A stretch of DNA of 56,167 nt from Candidatus Peribacter sp. UBA6535 (GTDB lineage: Bacteria > Patescibacteriota > Gracilibacteria > Peribacterales > Peribacteraceae): contig DJKT01000041.1 in NCBI GenBank assembly GCA_002436205.1, positions 1 to 56,167 of the forward strand. The letters are read 5' to 3'. Each line of letters starts with the position of its first letter. Within the stretch, counting starts at the first letter, position 1. This document shows, piece after piece, positions 43,801 to 52,104 of the stretch. Position numbers and translations under genes: made by a program. The notes beneath the pieces were generated by a model. That model was not told the origin of the DNA. It saw nothing but the letters and a program-made list of their open reading frames with translations, and did not search any database.

Positions 43801-43937
43801 AATCCATAGAGGACAGTTATTGCTGCTACTGCTGCACCTGCCTTAATAACTAGCGTCTTTCTGTCATTACTGTTGCGTGGACGACGATGCCATAATCCTT
43901 GCATTCCATCTGTAATATGTCGGAATGTGTTCGACAT
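40833..43937 (-). CDS. Class A penicillin-binding protein (PBP1A-type transglycosylase/transpeptidase) with C-terminal Ig-like domains
   Basis: I place the start at ATG 43937 (MSNTFRH); ATG 44036 is an alternative. After one TM come the GT51 motifs (AIEDERFYDRG, GGSTITRQLARN), the transpeptidase motifs SSFKP and KTGTS, and about 230 aa of beta-rich repeats. Confidence 0.88.
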   Translation of the reverse strand: MSNTFRHITDGMQGLWHRRPRNSNDRKTLVIKAGAAVAAITVLYGLFLWFTLPDVSDPTNLLASQSTVITDRNGIELYRLFNEEDRTFIPGSSIPDHMKNAAIAIEDERFYDRGCLDVRAIARAIFLLGRAGGGSTITRQLARNALNLQQENRYQRKIKEFILGCQLEGQFEKEELLELYLNWIPFGRNAYGVEQATKQYFNSTADKLTLAQSAILASLPQRPSYFSPYGRHVHTEVEENVHQDIIDGSITKVSDIDPEDITIGLLGAHAGTGSVLLYIGGRTDQVLRNMEDQGLITEAERLVALEELEDMSFEPARENIRAPHFVLWVREQVEEMLLGTSEEGLLEQGGLRIETTLNWDLQQRAEDAVERHREDLILRYGGENMSLVAIDPDNNEIVAYVGNMDYNDEENGGKIDMARSPRQPGSSFKPFVYASAFQKGYNPATPIYDVPTKIGDDEPQNFDGKFTGLMTMRSALGASRNVPAAKTFFLGGQENQILTLVAALGAPTPLERKEELQLERGEFEYGWPLALGAAETPLLEMVSAYAALARGGRSQGVVSIRKITDKKGNLLYASEDSGDGKEVLDERIAYQITSILSDESVRPEEYWRTQLTVPGYKTAAKTGTSNKCLEWKDVPVLDTETGEPIPGKKRKACILRKPDNAWLIGYTPNLVAGVWVGNANSASMYDKAGGLNTASPIWRDFMASAHRTFANPKTIFDKPDGIITPQISTLSGEFPTECTPVAYRRADVFLKERAPTLQDPACKQLTIDKVTRLLASEECPIDAQEEGSFIVAHSLLPERWPFWEEGVRKWVGEQMELWYAAPDHSGALLPMPVAPTESCTLELTPGRLEKPSVNIVVPAPNGTATYPTFKPKLKINSKAKVLSVLYSIDGKKVVKVDTEPFTQVIRVPRSVSESGRHTLSVELTDEYYNKATSRVNFLFEEDERPPQIHITLPLGDIRLPRGGDLRMVADATDQEGGVKYVQFYIGDTLLTTKPKEPYEMTYTIKEDPGVYQLKVKAIDMSGNSSEDIRTLTVD

Positions 43938-44085
43938 ATTCCATCTATCACGCTTTTGAGATGCGCGATTGGTCCCCAGAGTTCTGGAGTGAAAACTACG
44001 ACGGCGAAATTGTATCACCTCTATACTATATCGCATCACCAAAAAAATGGTGAACGAATGACGAAAATATGTATATAATGAAAAT

Positions 44086-44349
44086 ATGAACGTAAGTGGA
44101 CTATATGCTGGAGGAATTACCTGGGGACAGGTAATCAATAATCTAGTGGGGACACTTGGAGTGACGATTATTGCAGTTTCTGTAGCCGCTTTCCTTATAG
44201 GAGCTCTTATGTACATTTCTGGATTTATTAGTGAAGAAAACAAGAATAAAGGAAAGAATCTGATGATAGGCGCGCTATTTGGTATGGCTGTTGTTATCTC
44301 TGCTAAAGCAATATTCAACGCAGCATACTTCTTTGTGTACGGATACTAA
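44086..44349 (+). CDS. TrbC/VirB2-like small membrane protein (T4SS-pilin-like family common in CPR genomes)
   Basis: 87 aa with two hydrophobic helices separated by a charged loop (AVSVAAFLIGALMYISGFISEENKNKGKNLMIGALFGMAVVISAKAI). This layout is characteristic of VirB2/T4SS_pilin proteins. Confidence 0.5.
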   Translation: MNVSGLYAGGITWGQVINNLVGTLGVTIIAVSVAAFLIGALMYISGFISEENKNKGKNLMIGALFGMAVVISAKAIFNAAYFFVYGY

Positions 44350-44416
44350 TAGAGAAAAAATTTTCTTCTAGTAATGCTTTGCGAAATGCAAAGATCTTCT
44401 AGAATACTTGCTAGCG

Positions 44417-45019
44417 ATGAATGATAATTCTTCTCCCATTAGTAAAACGTTAGAGCGGCTAGAAGAAGCTGAGCAACTCAAGCTCATGGGGCATTATTTG
44501 GAAGCACTTTCTATTCTCGAAGAGCTTCTAATAGAAGATCCCGAAAATATTTCTGCACTGGAAGAGGTTGCAGATAACGAACTAAGTCTAGAGCACTACG
44601 ACCGAGCAGAAGCTGCTGCTGCTCGTGCAATTGCATTGGATGATGAGAGTTATACTGGACACTACATACTTGGGTTTTTGCGTTCTGTAGATCAGCAATG
44701 GGAACAAGGTATCGTCCATCTCAAAAAATCGAATATCATCCGGCCAAATAATGCAGAGATTCTACGCTGTCTAGGTTGGGCACTTTTTAATTCCGGCCAA
44801 AGAGCACAGGGAATTGTTACATTGGAACGTGCATTGAATCTTGATAATGAAAATCCCCTGACGCTCTGCGATCTTGGCGTCTCTTACTTGCAAACACGCA
44901 ATATCATAAAAGCAAAATCACTTTTCGATCGTGCTTTGGAACTTGAACCAGAAAATCCAAAAGCAATCGAATGTATAAAGGCTGTTCAAAAACTCGAAGA
45001 GGTGCTGAAGGAAGGATAA
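44417..45019 (+). CDS. Tetratricopeptide (TPR) repeat protein
   Basis: About 200 aa from the first ATG. TPR-like 34-residue repeats recur (e.g. HYLEALSILEELLIEDPEN, AEILRCLGWALFNSGQRAQGIVTLERALNLDNEN, KAKSLFDRALELEPEN). Confidence 0.7.
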   Translation: MNDNSSPISKTLERLEEAEQLKLMGHYLEALSILEELLIEDPENISALEEVADNELSLEHYDRAEAAAARAIALDDESYTGHYILGFLRSVDQQWEQGIVHLKKSNIIRPNNAEILRCLGWALFNSGQRAQGIVTLERALNLDNENPLTLCDLGVSYLQTRNIIKAKSLFDRALELEPENPKAIECIKAVQKLEEVLKEG

Positions 45020-45042
45020 AGAAACCTGTATACTGATACGTA

Positions 45043-45978
45043 ATGGTTTCATTAACAATATTGCGCAGAGGTATTTCACGTGGAGTACTTACACTCCTTC
45101 GAGAGAGACAATGGCTTATAGCCCTTGGTGCACTCTTCGGTGTATTTGTTATGGTTCAACTTCTTGTTCTGGTCCTTACAGGATTAGAAGGAATGCAATC
45201 GATATTACGAAACCGTACAGACCTTAGATTAGAAATACATGCCGAAGCACAAGATTCAGATGTTCAGCTTTTTTATACCGCACTCAGTAAGCAATCTTTT
45301 ATAGAAAGGGCTGTCTTTATCACCAAAGAGAAAGCGTACGAGCAAGCACGCAAAAGCGACCCCGAACTTATCGGATTCTTAGAGGAATACACTATTACAA
45401 ACCCTTTTAACGATACTATTGGTGTAACGTTGGTATCGCTTAATGACTTCGAAGCCTTTGCCAAATTCGTAGAACAGCCACAGTGGAAAAGTGTTATAAA
45501 TCCTACATTTCTCTCTGAAATTTCTGACCAAGAGCAACATGTCTACTCACTACTATCGATTACAAAAGCAGGGCGTACTCTGACCATTCTCATTCTCGCA
45601 CTTACTGCCATTGCACTGATATTTATCACAACAGAGCTCGTACGCAGAAGAGCAATTGCAAGGTCAGATGAGATTCTTGTAGAACGTCTCGCAGGTGCTG
45701 AGTCCTTCTCTATTGCACTGCCATTTATAACAGAAGCAATCATACTACTTCTATTAGCTATAGTATTAAGTACTGCCACAGCAATACTACTCATTGGGTT
45801 ACTACCAATACTTATTCCCGAACTGCAATTCGGCGGAGTTCTGGGGCCATTACAAGAAGAGATTATTCCACTACTCAGAACCTCGTTGCCAATAATTATT
45901 CTATTGGAGATTATAGTTACCCCTTTTATTGCAAGTGCAGGTGCTTGGCTTGGTATACGACCTCAGTTACACTCCTAA
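45043..45978 (+). CDS. ftsX: FtsX-like cell-division/ABC permease protein
   Basis: 311 aa. It has an N-terminal TM, an extracytoplasmic domain (FITKEKAYEQARKSDPELIGFLEE...NPFNDTIGVTL) and three C-terminal TM segments with the cytoplasmic loop RRRAIARSDEILVERLAGAE. No ftsE gene is adjacent. Confidence 0.7.
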   Translation: MVSLTILRRGISRGVLTLLRERQWLIALGALFGVFVMVQLLVLVLTGLEGMQSILRNRTDLRLEIHAEAQDSDVQLFYTALSKQSFIERAVFITKEKAYEQARKSDPELIGFLEEYTITNPFNDTIGVTLVSLNDFEAFAKFVEQPQWKSVINPTFLSEISDQEQHVYSLLSITKAGRTLTILILALTAIALIFITTELVRRRAIARSDEILVERLAGAESFSIALPFITEAIILLLLAIVLSTATAILLIGLLPILIPELQFGGVLGPLQEEIIPLLRTSLPIIILLEIIVTPFIASAGAWLGIRPQLHS

Positions 45979-45982
45979 ATCT

Positions 45983-46633
45983 ATGGGAAAGACTATCTCC
46001 CTCGAAGCAATCATCTTGCAAGTACACGACGTGGGTGAGTCTGATCGTTTCTGCATTCTCTTTACAAAAGAACGTGGGAAAATAGCTGCCAGAGCTCGCA
46101 GTGTACGTAAGCCCAGCAGTAAGATGGGAGGATCTCTCCTACCACTACAACATGTAAAACTTCAGCTGCGTGAAGGTTCTGCAGGATTTATGATATCCGA
46201 CGTGCAGAAAATATCAGCATTCGACAATAAAGATGTCACTGCGTTTCTCAACGCACAACAAGGAATGGAGCTTCTTCTTACTACACTCCATGACGAGGAA
46301 TGTATGGAAAATTTATTTGAAGCCACACTTAAGTTTTTAGAACTCTGTAGTCACTCAACAGGCAATGTTGTGCTTCCATTTACCATTCAATTACTAAAAA
46401 TCATGGGGTTATTGCCAGATGCGGACAATGCATATTTTCAACACTGCTCTGATACACAAAAGCAATACCTAAAGTTTGCAGCCAAAGGTGCATGGCAGGA
46501 ACTTCCGGAGCTTTCTGCAAACGAACGAACGATCTTTTCAGGTCTTTGCGCCGAGCTGCTTTCAGAAATCAGTTCCAGACCACTAAAGGCAGGAACAGTG
46601 ATTAACGACGTACGGAACGCCTGCGCTTTGTAA
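45983..46633 (+). CDS. recO: DNA repair protein RecO
   Basis: 216 aa from ATG 45983. The N-terminal OB fold is EAIILQVHDVGESDRFCILFTKERGKIAARARSVRKPSSKMGGSLLPLQHVKLQL. Confidence 0.85.
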   Translation: MGKTISLEAIILQVHDVGESDRFCILFTKERGKIAARARSVRKPSSKMGGSLLPLQHVKLQLREGSAGFMISDVQKISAFDNKDVTAFLNAQQGMELLLTTLHDEECMENLFEATLKFLELCSHSTGNVVLPFTIQLLKIMGLLPDADNAYFQHCSDTQKQYLKFAAKGAWQELPELSANERTIFSGLCAELLSEISSRPLKAGTVINDVRNACAL

Positions 46634-47939
46634 AGCGCATCACTGGTTCTTGTGGCTCTGGCAAAGCACCAATTTGCGTAAAGTTGGGCCGTGCTTCGTA
46701 ATAAGAATAAAACGGTTCTATATCCTCAGAACCATCCTCCTCTCTTGTAACACGAAACCATGCAGACTGCATACCAGGAACAGCTTTACCGGCTATCCGC
46801 GTCTCTCCGGGAAGAAGTTCATCGGTATATTCTGTACGATCAGGCGGAGGCTCACGTTTATCCCATACATAGGGACCGATAATTTCCACCTCACGATTAT
46901 CACGCATTCCATAGTAGATGAAGAAGGCACGATCTCCTTCAACGTGCGTCTGTATCAGAAGCGCACTAGAGCCGTCATTTACAAACTTCATATCCGTATA
47001 AGGAGGATAGATTGTTGCATCCGTTCCTTGTGGTGCGTAGTACTGCACAGCAAAACTGTGGTTTCTCCTATCAGCAATCGGAAACCCATATTCCCAAATA
47101 CCACGATAGGCTGTGGTACTCACTTGGCATAAACCTCCACCGTAATCTGGAAGAGTTTTATCCCCCAAGATCACTAATTCTTTCAAATATCCTGTTTCAC
47201 CATTTACCGGTCCTAGAACGTCGTTAAATGAAAATGTATCTCCCTGCTGTACAAGATGACCGTTAAACTTTTCAAGTCCCGTACGAATATTCAGTCGTCG
47301 AGCCTTTGCAGAACGTGCGAAGTTTGATTCTCCAATTGCCACAACTTCACGAATGCCAATATCTTGCAAATGAGAATCTAGTACATGCATGACAGGCTGC
47401 CTCTCTGTTACTGGTAAATGAATATCTATGACATTGCGCTCTAGTGCATCAATAGTCAGGAGAGCTGTACGATAGGTATTAACATGTTTTCCAAGAAACC
47501 CAACTCCTTCAAAGGTAATCTGGTTATCCTCTTCACGTATGGTCACTTCGCCACGGGGACGATCGATAACCACTGATATGCGCTGCGCGATGGTATGCTC
47601 TATGGCTTCGATATTCCACACACTACTAAGAGTTCGTGTTATTCCCTCGGGTAAATCAGGCATAGCATCTCCGTCGGTGCGCAACTCCTGAGGAGGAGTA
47701 ATAGGTAACCCCTGATACATCCACACCTCTTCCGTCTTTCTCCACGAAGGATATTCATTCGGATTAATCGCAAACAAATGATGATCGTATCGATAGAGGA
47801 GCTCGGGATAGTAGGATGCAGCAGATAGTTCAACTGGGAGGACTGCGAAGACTGCGAAGACTGCGAAGAATCCTCGCGCTCTTCGCCTTCCTCGCTTTCC
47901 ATAATTATGGCTTCTCATAGTGAGGGCTGGGATGTTCAT
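46602..47939 (-). CDS. VanW-domain protein with an N-terminal signal/anchor
   Basis: 445 aa. The VanW core is GDTFSFNDVLGPVNGETGYLKELVILGDKTLPDYGGGLCQVSTTAYRGIWEYGFPIADRRNHSF. An alternative start is ATG 47918. Confidence 0.7.
   Translation of the reverse strand: MNIPALTMRSHNYGKRGRRRARGFFAVFAVFAVLPVELSAASYYPELLYRYDHHLFAINPNEYPSWRKTEEVWMYQGLPITPPQELRTDGDAMPDLPEGITRTLSSVWNIEAIEHTIAQRISVVIDRPRGEVTIREEDNQITFEGVGFLGKHVNTYRTALLTIDALERNVIDIHLPVTERQPVMHVLDSHLQDIGIREVVAIGESNFARSAKARRLNIRTGLEKFNGHLVQQGDTFSFNDVLGPVNGETGYLKELVILGDKTLPDYGGGLCQVSTTAYRGIWEYGFPIADRRNHSFAVQYYAPQGTDATIYPPYTDMKFVNDGSSALLIQTHVEGDRAFFIYYGMRDNREVEIIGPYVWDKREPPPDRTEYTDELLPGETRIAGKAVPGMQSAWFRVTREEDGSEDIEPFYSYYEARPNFTQIGALPEPQEPVMRFTKRRRSVRR
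47841..47867. repeat. 9-nt tandem repeat GACTGCGAA x3, in frame, encoding (FAV)3 in the VanW N-terminal hydrophobic segment
   Basis: Units lie at 47841-47849, 47850-47858 and 47859-47867. Confidence 0.9.
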
Positions 47940-48480
47940 CCAACGCCTTATTCACAAGTGCATCTGCACGGTAGTTATCACTACGCGGAATGTGTACAAA
48001 CTTAATATCTTCGAAATTCTTCGATAGCTCATTAATTTCATCGAATAATGGTTTGAGAGTAGGCATTTTTACTTTGTACTCACCATTTAATTGTTTCACT
48101 ATAAGTTCGCTATCCAAATGACAAATAAGGCGATTAGGGTGAAATCGTTTCGCCATTTTTAACCCTTCTACTAGCGCTCTATATTCAGCAACATTGTTTG
48201 TCTCTATGCCTATGCGTTCGTAATGTTCACGAATAACTTCCCCACGAACTGGATCTTCCAATATCACACCAATTGCTGACTGACCGGGGTTGCCGCGAGA
48301 TCCTCCATCAGTAAATAAATGTAATACACCACCAACGCTTGGCTGCTGCTCCCGTTGAAATTGTAAATCTTGTTGTTCCAAAGCGACAGTAAGTACTTCT
48401 GCGACAAAACGATTGCGATCTTCCGCCCGTGAAAACAGTTCTTTCAGCTTACGCTCGAGAGAGGCTGGCAGACGAATCAT
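47905..48480 (-). CDS. rnhA: Ribonuclease HI with an N-terminal ribbon-helix-helix-like extension
   Basis: The RNase H type-1 domain reads LFTDGGSRGNPGQSAIGVIL...NNVAEYRALVEGLKMA...CHLDSELIVKQLNGEYK...HIPRSDNYRADALVN and carries the D-E-D-D residues. It is preceded by MIRLPASLERKLKELFSRAEDRNRFVAEVLTVAL. I place the start at ATG 48480; the track ORF extends to 48522. Confidence 0.8.
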   Translation of the reverse strand: MIRLPASLERKLKELFSRAEDRNRFVAEVLTVALEQQDLQFQREQQPSVGGVLHLFTDGGSRGNPGQSAIGVILEDPVRGEVIREHYERIGIETNNVAEYRALVEGLKMAKRFHPNRLICHLDSELIVKQLNGEYKVKMPTLKPLFDEINELSKNFEDIKFVHIPRSDNYRADALVNKALDEHPSPHYEKP

Positions 48481-48499
48481 AGCCACAGTATAACCCGAA

Positions 48500-49039
48500 C
48501 TACTTGCAATCACATCCTCCATTACTACAACACCCCTCGTCCTCAGGAAGATTTAATTTAAATCTCCCCTCTCGTACATCGATTGTTGCACCACCAATAC
48601 GACTAAGTGTAAGAACAGAAGCAAAGATACGCACATCAGAAACTTCCGGATGTGTAAATTCTATATCTCCCTTAAGAGGCTTTTCCTGAAACTCCAAGCA
48701 AAATCCTCCCTGTTCATCCAGAGTAATGATAAGAATTTGATCTAGTTTGTCTTCTGCACTCGCAATATCACGAATACCACGCGCAGCGTCTACTGTAACT
48801 GTAATCTCCTGTGGGCGAGCAGGTGCCTTACCAATGGCGTCGTTTATATCTTCTACCAGAGCCTCAAGTGTATCTGTATCAAACCCATGCATCTGACACC
48901 CTTCTGCAAGAGTCTCTACGCCACCTACGCTGCAAGAGAAGCAGTGGAGTCCATACTCCAGCATAATATCTGCAGCAGCAGGTACGAGTGTAATAATTTC
49001 TCGCACGGTCATATTCTGATTGATGGTTGCTGTCTCCAT
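48500..49039 (-). CDS. Fusion protein: DUF1858 (redox-disulfide CxxC) domain plus a HesB/IscA-like Fe-S carrier domain
   Basis: The first ATG is at 49039 (METATINQNMTVREIITLVPAAADIMLEYGLHCFSCSVGGVETLAEGCQMHGFD). The C-terminal half resembles IscA (ITVTVDAARGIRDI...GGFCLEF...GATIDVREGRFKLNLPEDEGCCSNGGCDCK). Confidence 0.55.
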   Translation of the reverse strand: METATINQNMTVREIITLVPAAADIMLEYGLHCFSCSVGGVETLAEGCQMHGFDTDTLEALVEDINDAIGKAPARPQEITVTVDAARGIRDIASAEDKLDQILIITLDEQGGFCLEFQEKPLKGDIEFTHPEVSDVRIFASVLTLSRIGGATIDVREGRFKLNLPEDEGCCSNGGCDCK

Positions 49040-49119
49040 GAGAGAACATTCTAGCAAGTCAAAGATTTTTGTAGGACAAGTTACGACTTTTTCTCGGTGT
49101 CAATGTAGTATGTGTCGGT

Positions 49120-50361
49120 ATGATCAAACTCCTCAAAAACCTCACTCTCGTTGTCCTCCCTGTTGCCACACTATTCCTTGGTGTGCAAATTGGTATGTCA
49201 CATGCAGATCAAAAGTTAGAACATGAATTCTCCGCTCTCGAAGAATCCTTTGCAGGAGGTGTTGGTAGTGGTGTTCTCGTAAGTGATCCGAAAGAGGAGG
49301 TGGATATCAGCCTGCTCTGGAGTGTCTGGAGGCTTATGGCAAAACATTACATAGAACCAGAAAAACTAAAGACAGCAACAATGTTGCATGGGGCCACATC
49401 TGGTCTTGTCGATGCCATTGGTGACCCATACACCACCTTTATGCCTCCAAAGGAAAACAAGGAATTTAAACAGTCTCTCAATGGAAAACTACAAGGTATT
49501 GGTGCAGAGCTTACGCTCCGCGATGAAGAAATTGTCGTTGTAGCTCCGCTAAAAGGCTCTCCAGCGGAAGCGGCCGGGCTTATCCCCGAAGACGTCATTA
49601 CACATGTAGATGAGAAAAGTGTTGAAGGATTTAGCTTGGGGGATGCAGTGGAACTCATTCGTGGACCAAAGGGCACAGATGTCACACTGACTGTGAAACG
49701 GGAAGGAGAAGGCTCATTGGATATCACTATTACTCGTGACGATATTAAAGTACCAAGTGTAGAGTCAGAGATTAAAGAATATGACGAAAAACGCATTGGA
49801 TACATCTCGTTAAACCGCTTTGGTGACACAACAACCGAAGAGGTGGAAGAAAGTGTAAAGAGTCATTTGGAAGAAGGGGTTGATGGTCTCATTGTTGATG
49901 TACGATTTAATGGAGGTGGCTACTTAGACAAAGCAATTGATCTGTCTTCCATGTTCCTTACAAAAGGAAAAGTGGTGTCCGTTGAGCGTCGCGAAGGAGA
50001 GCCAACACACCACTACGTCACCGGACGTCCTATCGCAGAAGATATTCCTCTCGTTGTCCTCATTAATGAAGGATCTGCTTCTGCATCAGAAATCCTCGCA
50101 GGAGCATTGCAGGATCAAAGTAGAGCAACCATCATCGGAAAGAAAAGTTTTGGGAAAGGAACCGTACAGGAAGTATTCGATCTCCCCGGTGGAACCAGTG
50201 TGCGTATTACAACAGCCAGATGGCTTACCCCTGATGGAAAAGATCTTGGTAAAGAAGGAGTCTCTCCGGATATCGAAGTAGAACGTACGCGAGAACAGAT
50301 ACAAGCAAAAGAAGATCCTCAACTGGATACTGCGCTTGAACTCCTGACAAAGGGAGAGTAG
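49120..50361 (+). CDS. ctpA: Carboxy-terminal processing protease (peptidase S41) with a PDZ domain
   Basis: 413 aa. It contains DPYTTFMPPKE, a PDZ domain (GIGAELTLRDEEIVVVAPLKGSPAEAAGL) and the catalytic region VLINEGSASASEILAGALQD...GKKSFGKGTVQ. Confidence 0.88.
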   Translation: MIKLLKNLTLVVLPVATLFLGVQIGMSHADQKLEHEFSALEESFAGGVGSGVLVSDPKEEVDISLLWSVWRLMAKHYIEPEKLKTATMLHGATSGLVDAIGDPYTTFMPPKENKEFKQSLNGKLQGIGAELTLRDEEIVVVAPLKGSPAEAAGLIPEDVITHVDEKSVEGFSLGDAVELIRGPKGTDVTLTVKREGEGSLDITITRDDIKVPSVESEIKEYDEKRIGYISLNRFGDTTTEEVEESVKSHLEEGVDGLIVDVRFNGGGYLDKAIDLSSMFLTKGKVVSVERREGEPTHHYVTGRPIAEDIPLVVLINEGSASASEILAGALQDQSRATIIGKKSFGKGTVQEVFDLPGGTSVRITTARWLTPDGKDLGKEGVSPDIEVERTREQIQAKEDPQLDTALELLTKGE

Positions 50362-50363
50362 TT

Positions 50364-50798
50364 CTAGTACGAGAACAATTCGTCTTCTGAGAAGAACCTC
50401 TTCACCTCCACTTCTGCAGTCTCTGCAGAGTCAGAAGCATGAGCAATATTACACATCTTGTTCTTACCTTCTTCTTTGCTTCCCCACTCTGCACGGATTG
50501 TTCCTTCCGCTGCTTCAAGACAATCTGTTACACCAAGCATCTCACGCATCTTGTCGATAATACCGTCAGCCTCAAGAACTAAAGCCACTACCGGTGTCTC
50601 TTTCATAAAGGTTTCAACATCAGGGTAGAACGGAAACTCTGCGATGTGTGCGTAATGTTCACGGAGTACGTCATCTGTGAGTTGAATCATTTTACAGGCA
50701 CGAATAATGAACCCTGCTTCTTCGAAGCGAGCAATAACCCTTCCTATGAGGTTTTTCTGTACGCAATCTGGCTTGAGAAGGATGAGTGTTTTTTCCAT
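50364..50798 (-). CDS. ndk: Nucleoside-diphosphate kinase
   Basis: 144 aa. It contains EKTLILLKPDCVQKNLIGRVIARFEEAGFII and the active-site region NIAHASDS. Confidence 0.93.
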   Translation of the reverse strand: MEKTLILLKPDCVQKNLIGRVIARFEEAGFIIRACKMIQLTDDVLREHYAHIAEFPFYPDVETFMKETPVVALVLEADGIIDKMREMLGVTDCLEAAEGTIRAEWGSKEEGKNKMCNIAHASDSAETAEVEVKRFFSEDELFSY

Positions 50799-50816
50799 AG
50801 TGATATAGTTAAATAA

Positions 50817-52079
50817 TTATTGAAGTAATGATTCAAGTCCTGCTTTGTTATCTGTGTTTCCAATTACCGCCAAACGAAGGTTTTCGTGTGCAAGCAAATC
50901 CTTCGCCAACTGGTCGATCTCACCTTTTTCTACTTTTTCAATCTCAGTAATGTACTCCTCAATATCGCGGATCTTTGGATACAATAGCTTCTGCTTCCCA
51001 TAGAAATGTGCGAGCTCCTCACTATCTTCTAATGAGAGAATGATGGAACCCTTGAGATACGCCTTTGCACGTGCAACTTCATCATCCTCCACTCCACCCT
51101 CCACGACTTTGTCATACTCAGCAATAATAAGTTTGATTGCTTCATCCAATCGAGACTGATCGATCCCTGCTCTTGTCGTAAGAGCTCCGGCATCCAGATA
51201 CGCATCACTATCGGTATCTATGTAATAGCACATTCCCTTTGCTTCACGAATATTTAAGAACATGCGACTACTCATATTTCCTCCAAGAATAATACCAAGT
51301 AGCTTATGAACAAAGTGACGAGGATCTTGTGAAGAAATTCCCGGAACACCAATAACAAGATGTGATTGCTCTGTCTTTTTTGTCCGCAGAAATACTTTGT
51401 CAGATCCATATGTTTCTAACGGCGGAAACTCTCCATCTTTCTTTCCTCCAATCTTGCCAAAGTACTTCTCTCCAAGGTCCAGTGCTTGGCTTTCATCAAT
51501 TTTTCCTGCAAAGGTAATCACTAAGTTATCCGGTGTGTAGAGACGATCTTTGTGTTTTTGAAAATCTGCCTGTTGTACAGAATTTATCACCTTATGGGTA
51601 CCAATCGTATCCCAACCTAGTGGGACATCTCCGAAGATCAACTCCTCAAAATCCCACCCCGCTCTGTACATCGGCGTGTCTTGGTACATACGATCTTCTT
51701 CGATAATCACACCACGTTCTTTTTCGATCTCCTCTTGCGGAAACGATGCATTGCAGAGCATGTCGCCAATCACATCACAACCAAGATCAATATTCTCCGC
51801 AGCAACTTTAACGTAATACCCTGCGTACTCTTTGCCGGTAAACGCATTAAACTCTCCTCCTACACCATCAATAGCCATACTTACTTCCTTGGTATTCTTG
51901 TAACGATCTCCCCCTTTAAAGAACATATGTTCAAGGAAATGAGAGATCCCACGCTCATGTTCCTGTTCGTAGCGAGAACCTGCTCCTGCAAATACCATAA
52001 CCGTTACAGAAGCTGTTCCATCAGCAGAAGCGGTTAAGACAGGAAGGCCGGAAGAAAGGGCTTGAGTGGAATACGGCAT
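50817..52079 (-). CDS. M16 family (pitrilysin/insulinase-like) zinc peptidase
   Basis: 420 aa from ATG 52079. The inverted zinc motif HxxEH is present in GISHFLEHMFFKGG, with a downstream E in NAFTGKEYAGYY. Confidence 0.85.
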   Translation of the reverse strand: MPYSTQALSSGLPVLTASADGTASVTVMVFAGAGSRYEQEHERGISHFLEHMFFKGGDRYKNTKEVSMAIDGVGGEFNAFTGKEYAGYYVKVAAENIDLGCDVIGDMLCNASFPQEEIEKERGVIIEEDRMYQDTPMYRAGWDFEELIFGDVPLGWDTIGTHKVINSVQQADFQKHKDRLYTPDNLVITFAGKIDESQALDLGEKYFGKIGGKKDGEFPPLETYGSDKVFLRTKKTEQSHLVIGVPGISSQDPRHFVHKLLGIILGGNMSSRMFLNIREAKGMCYYIDTDSDAYLDAGALTTRAGIDQSRLDEAIKLIIAEYDKVVEGGVEDDEVARAKAYLKGSIILSLEDSEELAHFYGKQKLLYPKIRDIEEYITEIEKVEKGEIDQLAKDLLAHENLRLAVIGNTDNKAGLESLLQ

Positions 52080-52104
52080 GTTGAAGCAGTGTAGCGGGCA
52101 AGAC

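Noticed and set aside
43938-44318. 127-codon N-terminal extension of the PBP ORF given by the track
   Set aside because: The extension lacks PBP-like sequence and runs antisense through the conserved-looking VirB2/T4SS-pilin-like gene on the + strand. A good ATG at 43937 is followed by the expected basic tail and TM helix. ATG 44036 remains a possible alternative.
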